Virus record (IMG/VR): IMGVR_UViG_3300028833_000058
DNA length: 64,000 nucleotides
Reading direction: 5' to 3' (one strand)
Source of the DNA: a virus
Lineage: Duplodnaviria; Caudoviricetes
Below, in pieces: positions 27,376 through 38,165 of this stretch. Each line of letters opens with the position of its first letter. The stretch's first letter is position 1. The position numbers and the translations under genes are program-made. The notes under the pieces were generated by a model that saw only the letters and a program-made list of their open reading frames with translations, was not told where the DNA came from and searched no databases.

Positions 27376-28821
27376 TTATTTTGATGCTGTGTCTTTTACA
27401 GTTTGTGGTACTGTATCCTTTATAGATTCTTGTGTCCAAGGCTCTCTTGATTCGAAATGGTTTTTATACAAATTATGTTCCATGTAGATAATTGTTCCTG
27501 TTTTACCACTACGAGCTTTACCTACGTAGAATCTTGATAACCCTAATGCTTTTTCGTTTGGATTTTGGTTAAAGCTGATAAAGTTATGACATAAGTGAAT
27601 TTTTGCAGCAGACTCCGCAACACTTGCAATGCTTACAACTTCATTACCAGTTATATTCCAAGCACTTCTACCGACTTGTGAACCAGTAACAACAGGACAT
27701 TCAAAAGTTATGGCAAGATTTTTACAATCGGAAGCAACATTGGCACCTGTCTCATAGATATTTGCGTTCTTAATTTTATCAACAGGCAACATTTTATCCA
27801 TATAGTCTAAGATGATGATATCTGGCTTCCAATCTGTTATACCCTTATTCTTTTTAACATTGATTACTTTTTTAATAAAGTTATGTACTGTGTCTGCTGT
27901 TATGGCGTTTGGTTTATAAAACTTTACAATAACATTATCACTATTTTGATTTCTAAACTTTCTAAGAGATTCATTGAAACCTACTCTGTTTTCTTCTTTC
28001 ATCAATTCACCTAAAGAATAACCAGTTACAGAAGTTAAAATGTTTTGCATTGTCTCTTCTTCTGTTAACTCAAGGCTTATGTAAATAACTCTTTTGTTTT
28101 GTTCTAAACATTTTTTAGTTAAGAAAGATAAAAACTTAGATTTACCACCGCCAGATGTAGCAGCAAAAAGTGTTAACGAATTTTTAACCAAACCACCACC
28201 TAATGCATCATCTAGCAATGGTATACCTGTTTTAATCATTTTTGTTGGGTCATAACTGTCTTTAATGGCATCTAAAATTCTATTTCCATCTACTTCTTCA
28301 CTTAAGTCGATACCTAAATTGGTTTCAGAACCTATTGACAATACTCTTTTAAAAGCTTCTATGGCTTCAGTGTAATTTCCTTGTCTAAAGCAACTGCCAC
28401 CTCTCTCTAAAGCATTTTTCCATTCTATTTCACGAACGAAATTTACTGCTTGTTCTTTGAAATACTCCATGTCAGTAGATTCTTCAAGGTAACATATTTT
28501 TTCTATCTTATCAAGAATCGCATAATAGTCTTTTGAAGGTAGATTATACTTATTTACATAATCTTTAGCTTCATTCTCTAAAACTTCTTTAGTTGGAGTT
28601 TCTTTATATTTTTCGTAATAACGATGTATCCATGTACATATGGCTCTTAAAGTCTTGTTTTGAAAGTATTCTGCTTTTAGAATTTCGAGTCCGTCAAGTT
28701 TAGCCCATTCTGGTTCAAAAATCAAAAGACTTAAAATTTTTTCTTGTACCTGTAATTTAAATTCATTTTCGAAGCCGTATGAACCTTCTTCAGACATCCC
28801 ACTCATATCTCCCACATTCAT
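27376..28821 (-). CDS. DnaB/T4 gp41-like replicative helicase
   Basis: TGIPLLDDALGGG, ATSGGGKS, YISLE, IILDYMD, VVTGSQ, KARSG. Confidence 0.9.
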   Translation of the reverse strand: MNVGDMSGMSEEGSYGFENEFKLQVQEKILSLLIFEPEWAKLDGLEILKAEYFQNKTLRAICTWIHRYYEKYKETPTKEVLENEAKDYVNKYNLPSKDYYAILDKIEKICYLEESTDMEYFKEQAVNFVREIEWKNALERGGSCFRQGNYTEAIEAFKRVLSIGSETNLGIDLSEEVDGNRILDAIKDSYDPTKMIKTGIPLLDDALGGGLVKNSLTLFAATSGGGKSKFLSFLTKKCLEQNKRVIYISLELTEEETMQNILTSVTGYSLGELMKEENRVGFNESLRKFRNQNSDNVIVKFYKPNAITADTVHNFIKKVINVKKNKGITDWKPDIIILDYMDKMLPVDKIKNANIYETGANVASDCKNLAITFECPVVTGSQVGRSAWNITGNEVVSIASVAESAAKIHLCHNFISFNQNPNEKALGLSRFYVGKARSGKTGTIIYMEHNLYKNHFESREPWTQESIKDTVPQTVKDTASK

Positions 28822-28878
28822 TCTGTTATATAGAATATGTAAATTTACAAAATTGTAAAATCAATTATCAAATTTTTC

Positions 28879-30447
28879 TTACAATTTTTTTAACTCGTTG
28901 TTTTTGTGACCAATTTCTTTTATCATTTCCATGAATTTGTATACATCGTCTATATTTTTAATACCAGAATCTTCTAATAATTCTTTTCTTTTCTCATATT
29001 GCTTTTGGAATATATGATGTCCACCTACGTCTTTAAAATCTATTATAAATGAAATGTTGTTAACAGCTTTTTTTCTGGAAGCACGACCAGACACTTGTAA
29101 TATTTTAATCGGTGATTTTCCAGCACTGAATAAAATCGCTGCTTGGAATATTTCTATATCAACACCTTCGTCAAACACTTGTGATGCTAAAATAACATTA
29201 TAACCGTTTAATAAAGCTTTTTTTACATCCTCTACATTACCTTTTCTTTCTTCTAATTTAAGTGTACCTCTAGTATTTTTCTTATATTCATATATCGTTT
29301 CGTTACCACAAATAAATAATGCTTTTACACCTTCTTCTGTTAATTGTTTTAGTAATTTTTGACCAGGTTTAATATTATTAAAGGATACTAATGTTTTAAT
29401 GTTATATTCATTTAAAAATTTTATCATCGCAAATCCAGCTGTGTTTCGATTCTTATTATTAAGAATGTTCGAACGGTATTGCATAAAGTAGTTGTCAGCA
29501 AGCCACGCTGGTATCTTACTTGGAATATTTTTATACCTTATAAAATAGCTATAAGGTTGAGCTATATTTTTGTCTGCTATCGTGTCTTTCATGTCATACT
29601 TAAAAGCAGGCTCACCTAATAAAGCTATGAGTGTATAATCTAATGGGTCTGAATAAGGCGATTTATATTCACGGAAAGGGGTTGCTGTATACCCTACTAC
29701 ATGCTCTAACACATTTGGGTCCATGTAAAATAAGGGTTCAAAATTAGTAATAGACTGGAAATGCGAACACTCGTCTATACACCATAACTGAACCGTCTTT
29801 AAAAAATCTATATAATCTTGGTCTTGTCTATTCAATCTAACGTCTGAACTACTTGTATTTATTATAATTATTCTTTTTGTATAATCTGGGTCTGCTGATT
29901 TGTTCCAACTTATGTCTGTTTCACCAAAAGAAATGAGTCTATCGTAAATTTGTTGAAGAATAAAATTATTTCCATTTGTTATGAGCACCCTTTTATTTTC
30001 TAATAATTCAACTAAAAGACACATAATCGAAGTTTTGCCACTTCCAGTTGAACTTTGTATTAAACTATTGAATCTAAACAAAGAACTGTAAACAGCGTCA
30101 ATCTGATAGTTTCTAACTTCATATTTCTCGTTTATTTTTGCTATCTCATTTGCTTTTTTATAAATATCTTCTTTAGTTATTTTATCAAACTCTCTAGGTT
30201 TATCAATAACCTCTACCATTAAAAACAATGATAGATACCGTGTTAAACCAGATGGGAATCTTATTGTTGTATATCTTTCTAAATCAATTTCAATTTCACT
30301 TACAACTTGATAATACGTACCAACAGTTACTTTGCCAGTTTGGTAATCTTTATCTTCACGAGTCAAAAGTTTTTTTGCCATATCAATGACAGATTCCGAT
30401 TCGTTTATGATATAATTCCAAAACGTGTTAGTATTTATTATCGGCAT
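28879..30447 (-). CDS. UvsW-like SF2 DNA helicase
   Basis: RNYQ, STGSGKT, DECSH, TATP, FDEGVDI, QVSGRASR, IIDF. Confidence 0.88.
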   Translation of the reverse strand: MPIINTNTFWNYIINESESVIDMAKKLLTREDKDYQTGKVTVGTYYQVVSEIEIDLERYTTIRFPSGLTRYLSLFLMVEVIDKPREFDKITKEDIYKKANEIAKINEKYEVRNYQIDAVYSSLFRFNSLIQSSTGSGKTSIMCLLVELLENKRVLITNGNNFILQQIYDRLISFGETDISWNKSADPDYTKRIIIINTSSSDVRLNRQDQDYIDFLKTVQLWCIDECSHFQSITNFEPLFYMDPNVLEHVVGYTATPFREYKSPYSDPLDYTLIALLGEPAFKYDMKDTIADKNIAQPYSYFIRYKNIPSKIPAWLADNYFMQYRSNILNNKNRNTAGFAMIKFLNEYNIKTLVSFNNIKPGQKLLKQLTEEGVKALFICGNETIYEYKKNTRGTLKLEERKGNVEDVKKALLNGYNVILASQVFDEGVDIEIFQAAILFSAGKSPIKILQVSGRASRKKAVNNISFIIDFKDVGGHHIFQKQYEKRKELLEDSGIKNIDDVYKFMEMIKEIGHKNNELKKL

Positions 30448-30491
30448 ACTAAATCTTTCTTAAAAAATTTTTTATTTTTCCTTCATTTAGT

Positions 30492-30498
30492 AGTTCTA
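30492..30498 (+). promoter_or_regulatory. phage late-promoter motif AGTTCTA
   Basis: Recurrent intergenic motif oriented with downstream gene. Confidence 0.7.
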
Positions 30499-30526
30499 AT
30501 AACTAAACTAAAAAAAGGAGTTATAT

Positions 30527-30799
30527 ATGTTCAAGGGTCTTTTCTCTAAAAAGAAAACAAAATCTGTCGAAGTAGATTCGGAATTTGTCATCAATTTTCA
30601 AGATTTAACCTCTCAAGACATTATTGTTAAAACAAAACAAAGTGGAAATAAAGTCATTTTTTCACTTTCTAACAAGAAAACTAAATTTGAGATGTTATTG
30701 GACGAAGAACAAGCAGTAATTTTGTCTATAATTTTACAAGATTTTGCTAAAAACAAGAATTTGAATAATATTTACAAAACTTTAAACGAAGAAGGGTAA
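30527..30799 (+). CDS. hypothetical protein
   Basis: AAGGAG RBS. Confidence 0.75.
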   Translation: MFKGLFSKKKTKSVEVDSEFVINFQDLTSQDIIVKTKQSGNKVIFSLSNKKTKFEMLLDEEQAVILSIILQDFAKNKNLNNIYKTLNEEG

Positions 30800-30803
30800 T
30801 GAC

Positions 30804-31184
30804 ATGGAAAAAGAAAACATTAATAATAAAGCGTATGAACTTTCTGAAAAGATTGTAGCTGATGTCAACACATTCAACTCAGATTTTGTTACGGACACTG
30901 GTAAAATCGTTCCGTCTCAAGATATGGTTATGGCACTAAATACGATTATAGAAGAAGGCTTTGTACTTCATAAATATGTTGTAGAAAATAAAATTTATGA
31001 AGGTAAGCCAGAGATAACTGTTGATGTTATTGAACTTGGAAAACAAATGCAGAATTTAGAAATGTCCGAAGAAAATTCTAAAAGACTCGACTTACAAAGT
31101 GCAATGAATACATGGGAAGCTTGTGAAGTCATTATTGCCAAACTGGCCTGTGATTTGTTAGATTTTAGGGATGGGTTGAACTAA
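30804..31184 (+). CDS. hypothetical protein
   Basis: 126 aa in operon. Confidence 0.75.
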   Translation: MEKENINNKAYELSEKIVADVNTFNSDFVTDTGKIVPSQDMVMALNTIIEEGFVLHKYVVENKIYEGKPEITVDVIELGKQMQNLEMSEENSKRLDLQSAMNTWEACEVIIAKLACDLLDFRDGLN

Positions 31185-31672
31185 TGGTATACAAAAGAGA
31201 ATCTAATCTAAGAAAAAATAACTTCGGTACTGTAAAGACTCGTGTAAAAGCAGCAAAGAAGAAAGAAACTGGTGGTATAGCAAGAGACCAAACTTTAACT
31301 GAAGCTGAATTACAAAAAGAGATTGTTAAAAGACTTCGTTGCTACCAAGATTTATTCATAATTTACAATGACCCTGTGTCACCAGCGTTAAAATTCATAT
31401 CTGATAATCAAAAAAGGATGGGGTTTATTCAATATAGTAAGTCAAGGGGCTGGGAAAAGGGTAGTACAGACTTATTGATAATTTGGCATGGTAAACCAAC
31501 TTTTCTTGAGCTTAAGCATGATAATAAAACAAAAGGTAAATTACGTCCAGAACAAGTTAGTTACAAAGAACGTGTTTTGAAAGCTGGATATGAATGGCAA
31601 TCTTGGAGAACGATTGACGAATGTGTAAATTGGATAAATCTCCAATTAGAGCTATACAAAATGGATAAATAA
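31184..31672 (+). CDS. VRR-NUC / PD-(D/E)xK nuclease (possible Holliday junction resolvase)
   Basis: TEAELQ, GSTDL, FLELK, LRPEQ. Confidence 0.82.
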   Translation: MVYKRESNLRKNNFGTVKTRVKAAKKKETGGIARDQTLTEAELQKEIVKRLRCYQDLFIIYNDPVSPALKFISDNQKRMGFIQYSKSRGWEKGSTDLLIIWHGKPTFLELKHDNKTKGKLRPEQVSYKERVLKAGYEWQSWRTIDECVNWINLQLELYKMDK

Positions 31673-31676
31673 GACA

Positions 31677-32201
31677 ATGGTAAAGTATGCTGATTTAATT
31701 CGTGGTATGGAAAGAGTTACACCTGGAACAACGAGTAACCCTAATTTAAGTACACCACAATTTAGAGTATCACAGCCAGATAAACCAGTATATTATGCAG
31801 GAACTAAAATAATTCGTTTTATTGCTCGTGTGCACTCTGATAGAATTGATAATAAAAAAGGTCCGAATTCAACCTATAGAAGACCGACTTGGTACAATGT
31901 TGAAATAGATTTCAAAGATGTTACACCAGACACTGGCCTAAGTCCAGCTGAAATCCAACAAAAATATCTTCCAAGACCATCTTTGAGTAAAAATGATATA
32001 ATGGTTAGATGTAATTGTATCACTTATAGGTTTCGTATGGACTTTGCAAACAGAAGAAACAGAGCTGCAGTAGGTTCTAGACCACCAGCATACCACAAGT
32101 TGACAAACAGACCTTATATAAACAATGATACACCAGCTATATGTAAACACGCTGTGGCGTATGTAAAATGGTTGTTGAAAAATGGTTTCATAACAGAATA
32201 G
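31677..32201 (+). CDS. SWIM zinc-finger protein
   Basis: VRCNC...ICKH. Confidence 0.7.
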   Translation: MVKYADLIRGMERVTPGTTSNPNLSTPQFRVSQPDKPVYYAGTKIIRFIARVHSDRIDNKKGPNSTYRRPTWYNVEIDFKDVTPDTGLSPAEIQQKYLPRPSLSKNDIMVRCNCITYRFRMDFANRRNRAAVGSRPPAYHKLTNRPYINNDTPAICKHAVAYVKWLLKNGFITE

Positions 32202-32208
32202 GTGACAA

Positions 32209-32967
32209 ATGTTACTAGGTATAATAAGATACGCTGTTCCAAACGCTTTCATGAACACAAATAAGTCAAGAAATGTTGTTCAATTATACGAAGAACCATA
32301 TTTTTCAGATAGGTTTAACATTTTTAAGAACATAACGTTAAAGAGTTTTGAAAATCAGACTAACAAAGATTTTATATTGTTGGTATATCACACTAATTTA
32401 ATTCCTGCTGACAAAAAGAGATTATTTGATGAATTAGAAGAAAAATACGGCTTTATGAGGAATGTGTATATCAATGATACTAATTTAATAATCCCAGAAG
32501 ATTTAAAAACAAACCCTTTATTTACATTTAGAATTGACAATGACGATGGAATTGCTTCAGATTTTATAAATAAGCTCAAATCTGTTGAAAATCTTGATAT
32601 GTCAGACGTTGCAATTACAATCCAACACATGCACAGAATCTGTAGAATAGGTGAAAACGAATATAAGATTATTTCTTTAGATTATGTTTCAAACTCAATT
32701 GGGTTAGCGTATTTATCAAACGAAAGTAAGACAGTTATAGAATTAGGAGACCATTCTAGGGTAGCAAAAACCTTTAATACAATCCGTTTAGACGGAAACG
32801 GTGGGCTACAAACAATAAATAATTATAACGTTGCTAATAAATTTAAACGCAATGCGGATAGAAATAGGTCAGAAGAATATATTTTTAATCAAGAGGAAGC
32901 AAAACAATTTTTAATTAAAGAAAATTATGGTGAGTTAGACATAACCTGTCTTCCTATCATGAAATGA
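32209..32967 (+). CDS. GT-A glycosyltransferase (putative rhamnosyltransferase-like)
   Basis: RFNIF..TLKSFENQTNKDF, FRIDNDD. Confidence 0.75.
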   Translation: MLLGIIRYAVPNAFMNTNKSRNVVQLYEEPYFSDRFNIFKNITLKSFENQTNKDFILLVYHTNLIPADKKRLFDELEEKYGFMRNVYINDTNLIIPEDLKTNPLFTFRIDNDDGIASDFINKLKSVENLDMSDVAITIQHMHRICRIGENEYKIISLDYVSNSIGLAYLSNESKTVIELGDHSRVAKTFNTIRLDGNGGLQTINNYNVANKFKRNADRNRSEEYIFNQEEAKQFLIKENYGELDITCLPIMK

Positions 32968-32974
32968 GGTAAAC

Positions 32975-34606
32975 ATGAATCCCTTAGTTTCAGTTATTGT
33001 TCCAGTCTATAACAGTGAAAAATATTTAAAACAATGTTTAGACAGTATTGTAAACCAAACTCTAAAGAATATTGAGATTATTTGTGTAGATGATGGCTCA
33101 ACAGATAATTCTTTGGCCATTTTATATGATTATGCACAAAGAGATAGTAGGTTTTCAGTATTAAAGCAAAACAATTTACACGCTGGGGTAGCTAGAAATA
33201 CTGGATTGCTAAACGCAAAAAGCGATTATGTAATATTTTTAGATTCTGATGATTTTTTTGGGCTAACCATGCTAGAAGAGATGTATAACAAGATAGTGGA
33301 AGATGATTCAGATGTTGCCGTTTGTGGATTTTATAAATACATAAATGAAAGTAAGATAATAAAAAATAGACCTATCAATAAATGTTTTGCAGAAAAATCA
33401 CCTTTTAGTCCGTTAGATTTAGGTGTTGATGCATTTAATTTTACGAATCCAGCACCGTGGACAAAATTGTTTAGAAAAAGTGTGTTTTTAAACAACAACA
33501 TAAGATTTGAAGATTATATTAGTTGTAATGATTTAACTTGTATAATTCTTGCCTTAGCTTGTTGTACTAAAATAAGTATTGTTGATAAAATGTTTGTCTA
33601 CTATCGTGCGAATCAAAAAACAAATATTACGGCTAACAGAAATAAACATGTAGAATACGTTTTCTATTCTTTAGATAAGGCTCAAAAAGAGTTTAAGAGA
33701 TTAGGTATATACGCTCAATTTGAAAAAGCTTTCTTACAACGAGCTAAGAATTCAATGAGGTACGAACTTTCTTTATGTTCTGAGGATGATAAAAACAAAT
33801 ATCTTATGATTGGAAAAGAAATATTAAATGACGAGCTTTATGAGATATTGCATTTTCTTATATGTCACCCGAAAGTGTCTATAATAATTCCTGTCTATAA
33901 CAACAAAAAGTATCTTAGACAATGTTTAAATTCTGTAAGAAACCAGACATTAAGAGAGATAGAAGTTATATGTGTAAACGATTGCTCTACTGATGGTTCA
34001 CTTAAGTTATTAAAGCAGTATGAAAATTTAGATAACAGAATCCATGTTATAAATTTAGAGAAAAATAGTGGTGTAAGTTACGCAAGAAACATTGCACTAG
34101 AAAAAATATCTGGGGACTATGTTTGTTTCTTAGACAGTGATGATTTTTTAGAATTAGATTTTTGTAAACTATTGGTATCTGACATAGAGAATAAAAAATC
34201 TGATTTGTCTTGCGGTGGTCATTGCAAATATAACAAATTCAATCAAAAAATTTCAACTTGGCTACCAAAAAAGATAGTTTCTGCTAATCTTATGAACGAT
34301 ATAAATTTACTTACAAAACATAGAAATGTGACACAAAAGTTGTTCAAGACAAACATTATCAAAGAAAACAAACTTAAATTTGATACAACTTTACATTACA
34401 TGGAAGACGCTTTGTTTTTAATTCAATATCTAACTCATTGTAAAACCATTTCTGGTGTAGATAAATCTTTATATGTAGTTAGGATAAACGAACATAGTTT
34501 GTGCAGAAGTACAGAGTTCGTAGAAAGACGTAAACAAGAAAGTGAAAAAGCTAAGGCATATATTAACGACATTATATCTAAATATGAGCAAAATCGTCAT
34601 TTATAA
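32975..34606 (+). CDS. tandem double GT2 glycosyltransferase
   Basis: Two copies of VS(V/I)I(V/I)PVYN..CV(D/N)D.STD..ARN..FLDSDD..(ND/ED). Confidence 0.92.
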   Translation: MNPLVSVIVPVYNSEKYLKQCLDSIVNQTLKNIEIICVDDGSTDNSLAILYDYAQRDSRFSVLKQNNLHAGVARNTGLLNAKSDYVIFLDSDDFFGLTMLEEMYNKIVEDDSDVAVCGFYKYINESKIIKNRPINKCFAEKSPFSPLDLGVDAFNFTNPAPWTKLFRKSVFLNNNIRFEDYISCNDLTCIILALACCTKISIVDKMFVYYRANQKTNITANRNKHVEYVFYSLDKAQKEFKRLGIYAQFEKAFLQRAKNSMRYELSLCSEDDKNKYLMIGKEILNDELYEILHFLICHPKVSIIIPVYNNKKYLRQCLNSVRNQTLREIEVICVNDCSTDGSLKLLKQYENLDNRIHVINLEKNSGVSYARNIALEKISGDYVCFLDSDDFLELDFCKLLVSDIENKKSDLSCGGHCKYNKFNQKISTWLPKKIVSANLMNDINLLTKHRNVTQKLFKTNIIKENKLKFDTTLHYMEDALFLIQYLTHCKTISGVDKSLYVVRINEHSLCRSTEFVERRKQESEKAKAYINDIISKYEQNRHL

Positions 34607-34613
34607 AGTTCTA
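34607..34613 (+). promoter_or_regulatory. late-promoter motif AGTTCTA
   Basis: Directly upstream of structural operon. Confidence 0.7.
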
Positions 34614-34642
34614 TTATCTATATAGTGTTTAAAGGACGTAAT

Positions 34643-35617
34643 ATGCCAAATATAAACTTAAATATACCCTCTAATTCAAGGTTCCATAGTAGCTTAAATG
34701 AGATAGATTTAGCTATGAAGCAGATATTGTTATCTGTTATGCGTATAGCTGACCCAAGAGATTTTACAAGAGAGCAATACAGCACAACAGATAAAGAGGA
34801 AGATTACCTTTGGAATGATTCGAGAGTTTTTCAAGTAGATGAATTAGAAACAACAGAAATATTTAATACTTATCTTTTACGTAAGAAAATAAACAACTCT
34901 AAAGGTGTAGATGTAACATATCCTTTACTCGGTTTTGTACAAAAAGATATTGACACAGTATTCTGGGGAACTGGTAATCGTTATCACCAGTGGTATTTTG
35001 ATATCCCAGTTAATAACACGAACGTAGAAAAAGGTGATAATGTCATAATAGCTGAACATGGCAAATATTTTGGTATAAAAGGTAAAATTGGTGATTCAAA
35101 GATAATTAACAACACAGTAAGTTATTCTGTTTTAGTTAACGAAAAACCACTTACAGAAGAAAATAAATTTACACATAAACAAGAGATTAAATATTTTTCT
35201 ACTGATGATTTACGCTTTATTGACCCAGATAAAATGCCACAGAGATATAAAGCAAAAGCTATAACTGGTACATACATGGCCGTTGTTTTATGTGACACTA
35301 AAGATGAAGCTCAATATTTAAGAGATAAATTCATATTAAGATGTGCTGATGCAAAGATTTGGTGGAAGTATAAATCACCAACAATTGATAATAATGAAAA
35401 TCAAGTTTTCACGGTATTCGGTATTCCTAACCTAGACCGTTATCCAAGTTCAGATGATAAACTTCAAAACACTGGTTATATTTATGGTATAGCTTTTGAA
35501 ATAAACTATTGGGGATGTTTAACAGACGAACCATTGCCTGCTGGCTACATTGAAGCTATCAGAATGAATATGCATGTTGAAAACGTTGATGGTATAAACA
35601 GAATTGTAGTTAATTAG
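34643..35617 (+). CDS. putative virion protein (tail completion/neck-like) with SH3/KOW-like insert
   Basis: AAAGGA RBS before ATG; heads fibre operon; KGDNVII..GKYFGIKGKI insert; function from context only. Confidence 0.5.
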   Translation: MPNINLNIPSNSRFHSSLNEIDLAMKQILLSVMRIADPRDFTREQYSTTDKEEDYLWNDSRVFQVDELETTEIFNTYLLRKKINNSKGVDVTYPLLGFVQKDIDTVFWGTGNRYHQWYFDIPVNNTNVEKGDNVIIAEHGKYFGIKGKIGDSKIINNTVSYSVLVNEKPLTEENKFTHKQEIKYFSTDDLRFIDPDKMPQRYKAKAITGTYMAVVLCDTKDEAQYLRDKFILRCADAKIWWKYKSPTIDNNENQVFTVFGIPNLDRYPSSDDKLQNTGYIYGIAFEINYWGCLTDEPLPAGYIEAIRMNMHVENVDGINRIVVN

Positions 35618-35625
35618 AGAAAGTC

Positions 35626-38148
35626 ATGGCTCAAGTAGAATATAGCACAATTGTAAGAGATGTAACTTTTAATAGTAAAAGCACTTTAACAAGTGTTGAT
35701 ATAAATAGCAGACCAATACAATATGGTCTGTTTACGACTGGTTTTAGAGATTGCACAAAGTTAAAAATTGTAAAAAATTTCCCAAGCTCAATAAAAAACA
35801 TGGGTTATACTTTTTTAAATTGTATATCGTTGGAAACTATCCCTGCTATCCCTTCTGATTGTGAAAGCATGTACGGTACATTTGTAAATTGTTCAAAATT
35901 TAACTCTAAAGTCATAATACCAAACAGTGTTACAAATGTAGATGATTGTTTTAGAGGATGTGTAAGTCTAACTAAGCAACCTGGTTTAAGTAATAATATA
36001 ACAAGTCTATTTAGAACTTTTGAAAATACTGCTCTAACAAGTTTCTCAAATATACCAGACGGTGTTACTAATATGGAATGGTGCTTCAAAGAGTGTACAA
36101 AATTGGCTTCTGTATCAAATTTACCATCATCTTTAGTTAATCTGAAAGAATGTTTTAAAAATTGTACAAGTTTAACAACTATCCCAGCTATACCAGATTC
36201 TGTTACAGATTTATACAATTGTTTTTATAACTGTCCAAAATTAGCTGGTGACATTACAATTAGAAGTCCAAATGTTACACAAGTAGGTAGTTGCTTTTAT
36301 TTATCTGAATCAAGTACGATAGATAGAAATGTATTCATTAATTTAGATAGTACAACATATCAAAGTTTTATTTCATCTGGATATTCTACTACGAAAAGAA
36401 AGCATGGTGTATTACTTTTACCTTTAGATTACGAATACGTAACGTTTACAATTTTAGGTTTAGGTATAATTGATGTATCTAATGCCGTTGTCAAAGTAAC
36501 ATACGATGGAGTTGAACATACTTGTTTGAACACATTAAGTACCCATGATAATGGAGTATGCCCAAGTGGTGCATGTATGAATAATAAATTCTATTTACCT
36601 ATTCCAGCGAATAAATCCTTTACATACAGTGTTAGCTTAACTGATTATAACACAGAAACAGGAAGTGGCACAACTGGTAGTGGTAATAGGAGTCAAGATA
36701 TTCAAATAGCTTTGACACACGCTACAAAAACTTTTACTGTAAATGTAACTCCATCTGGGTCACATGTCGAGTTATATGTAGGTAGCACAAAAGTAGCTGA
36801 AGGTGATGACACAGCTTCTTACAGTTATAGCACTGGTCATATATTAGCAATGAAAATCATTTGTACAAACGCAAACTATCCTACAATACAACAATCAGTC
36901 AACTGGGATAGCAGTAATGATTATGTGAAGAATATAGATATGGTACCTGTTTCTGGTGAAGTGCTGTATGAAAGTAACACTGGTGGTCAAGTTAGTACAT
37001 TACAATTAGGTGCAAATCGTCTATATGAGATAATCTGCATAGGCGGTGGTGGTGGAAGTGGTAATAATGCTGGTACTGGTGGTGCTGGTGCTTTTTGGAA
37101 AGGAAATATAAACACAAGTAAAAGTGTTACACTTACAATGACTACTGGTTCAGGTGGACAAGCTGGTGAATCAAGAGTAGATGGTAAACCTGGTACTGCT
37201 TCTACAATTGATACTAATAGTGAAACTTCTGAGATAAAAATAACAGCAGAAGGTGGAATGGGTGGTTACACAGCGTATAACAGTCCATCAATATGGACTG
37301 GTGATAAAAAAGACCCTAGGTACCCTAATGGTTATTCAATTGGCCCAAAAGTATCTATACTTCAACATAAAAATACACTTACTGGCTTTAGTAAAACTGA
37401 ACGAAGACAAGTTAGTTGGGTAAGTGGTACTACATATGGAATGGGTGCTAATGTTAGTTTTCAGAATGGAAAACCAGGTTATATAAAAATTACATACTTA
37501 GGTGAATTAACACCAACATCAGGCGGTGCAACAGAAGTATTCAGAAGAACAACTGCTGGTAATGGTACTGTACAATTAGAAGCTGGAACATATACACTAA
37601 TTTGTGTAGGTGGCGGTGGTGGAGCTCTTTGCTACTATGACACTGGCAGTGTAGAAGAATCAACTACATCTAAATCATATAAAGCAACTGGTGGTTCTGG
37701 GTCTTACTTAAACGTTACAGTACAACTAGAAGCTGGAACATATAACTGGTCAGTTGGTGCACTAGGAACAACAAATTATTATCCAAACACAGCTACTGAT
37801 GGTGGAAATACGACATTTGGTGATTTTATCGCCTACGGTGGTCAAGCTGCTATTTTTCTTGCATCTCCTTACAATTTCGGAAACACAGGTGTAAGTGGAA
37901 CATTTGCTGAAGGTTATGGTGGTAATGTTCCAATGCTTGCCAACTCTTGTATCGGAACAACACAACTCTTTCAAGGAAACGATGGACAAGTAGATGAAGA
38001 ACTCACAACGAATCACACTTTAGCTGGTGGTGCTAGTCCATACTTTTCATATGGTAAAGGTTCTGGATTTGCAAACAATGGATTTTTTGCTGGTCCAAAT
38101 CCAAACCCAGGTACAAATGGATGTTTGATAATAATTAAATTAGATTAA
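35626..38148 (+). CDS. adhesin/tail-fibre-associated protein: BspA-like LRRs, Ig-like domains, two glycine-rich domains
   Basis: F..C..L..IP.IP repeats; IC(I/V)GGGGG twice. Confidence 0.75.
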   Translation: MAQVEYSTIVRDVTFNSKSTLTSVDINSRPIQYGLFTTGFRDCTKLKIVKNFPSSIKNMGYTFLNCISLETIPAIPSDCESMYGTFVNCSKFNSKVIIPNSVTNVDDCFRGCVSLTKQPGLSNNITSLFRTFENTALTSFSNIPDGVTNMEWCFKECTKLASVSNLPSSLVNLKECFKNCTSLTTIPAIPDSVTDLYNCFYNCPKLAGDITIRSPNVTQVGSCFYLSESSTIDRNVFINLDSTTYQSFISSGYSTTKRKHGVLLLPLDYEYVTFTILGLGIIDVSNAVVKVTYDGVEHTCLNTLSTHDNGVCPSGACMNNKFYLPIPANKSFTYSVSLTDYNTETGSGTTGSGNRSQDIQIALTHATKTFTVNVTPSGSHVELYVGSTKVAEGDDTASYSYSTGHILAMKIICTNANYPTIQQSVNWDSSNDYVKNIDMVPVSGEVLYESNTGGQVSTLQLGANRLYEIICIGGGGGSGNNAGTGGAGAFWKGNINTSKSVTLTMTTGSGGQAGESRVDGKPGTASTIDTNSETSEIKITAEGGMGGYTAYNSPSIWTGDKKDPRYPNGYSIGPKVSILQHKNTLTGFSKTERRQVSWVSGTTYGMGANVSFQNGKPGYIKITYLGELTPTSGGATEVFRRTTAGNGTVQLEAGTYTLICVGGGGGALCYYDTGSVEESTTSKSYKATGGSGSYLNVTVQLEAGTYNWSVGALGTTNYYPNTATDGGNTTFGDFIAYGGQAAIFLASPYNFGNTGVSGTFAEGYGGNVPMLANSCIGTTQLFQGNDGQVDEELTTNHTLAGGASPYFSYGKGSGFANNGFFAGPNPNPGTNGCLIIIKLD

Positions 38149-38165
38149 CTATTAGGAATAATGTA

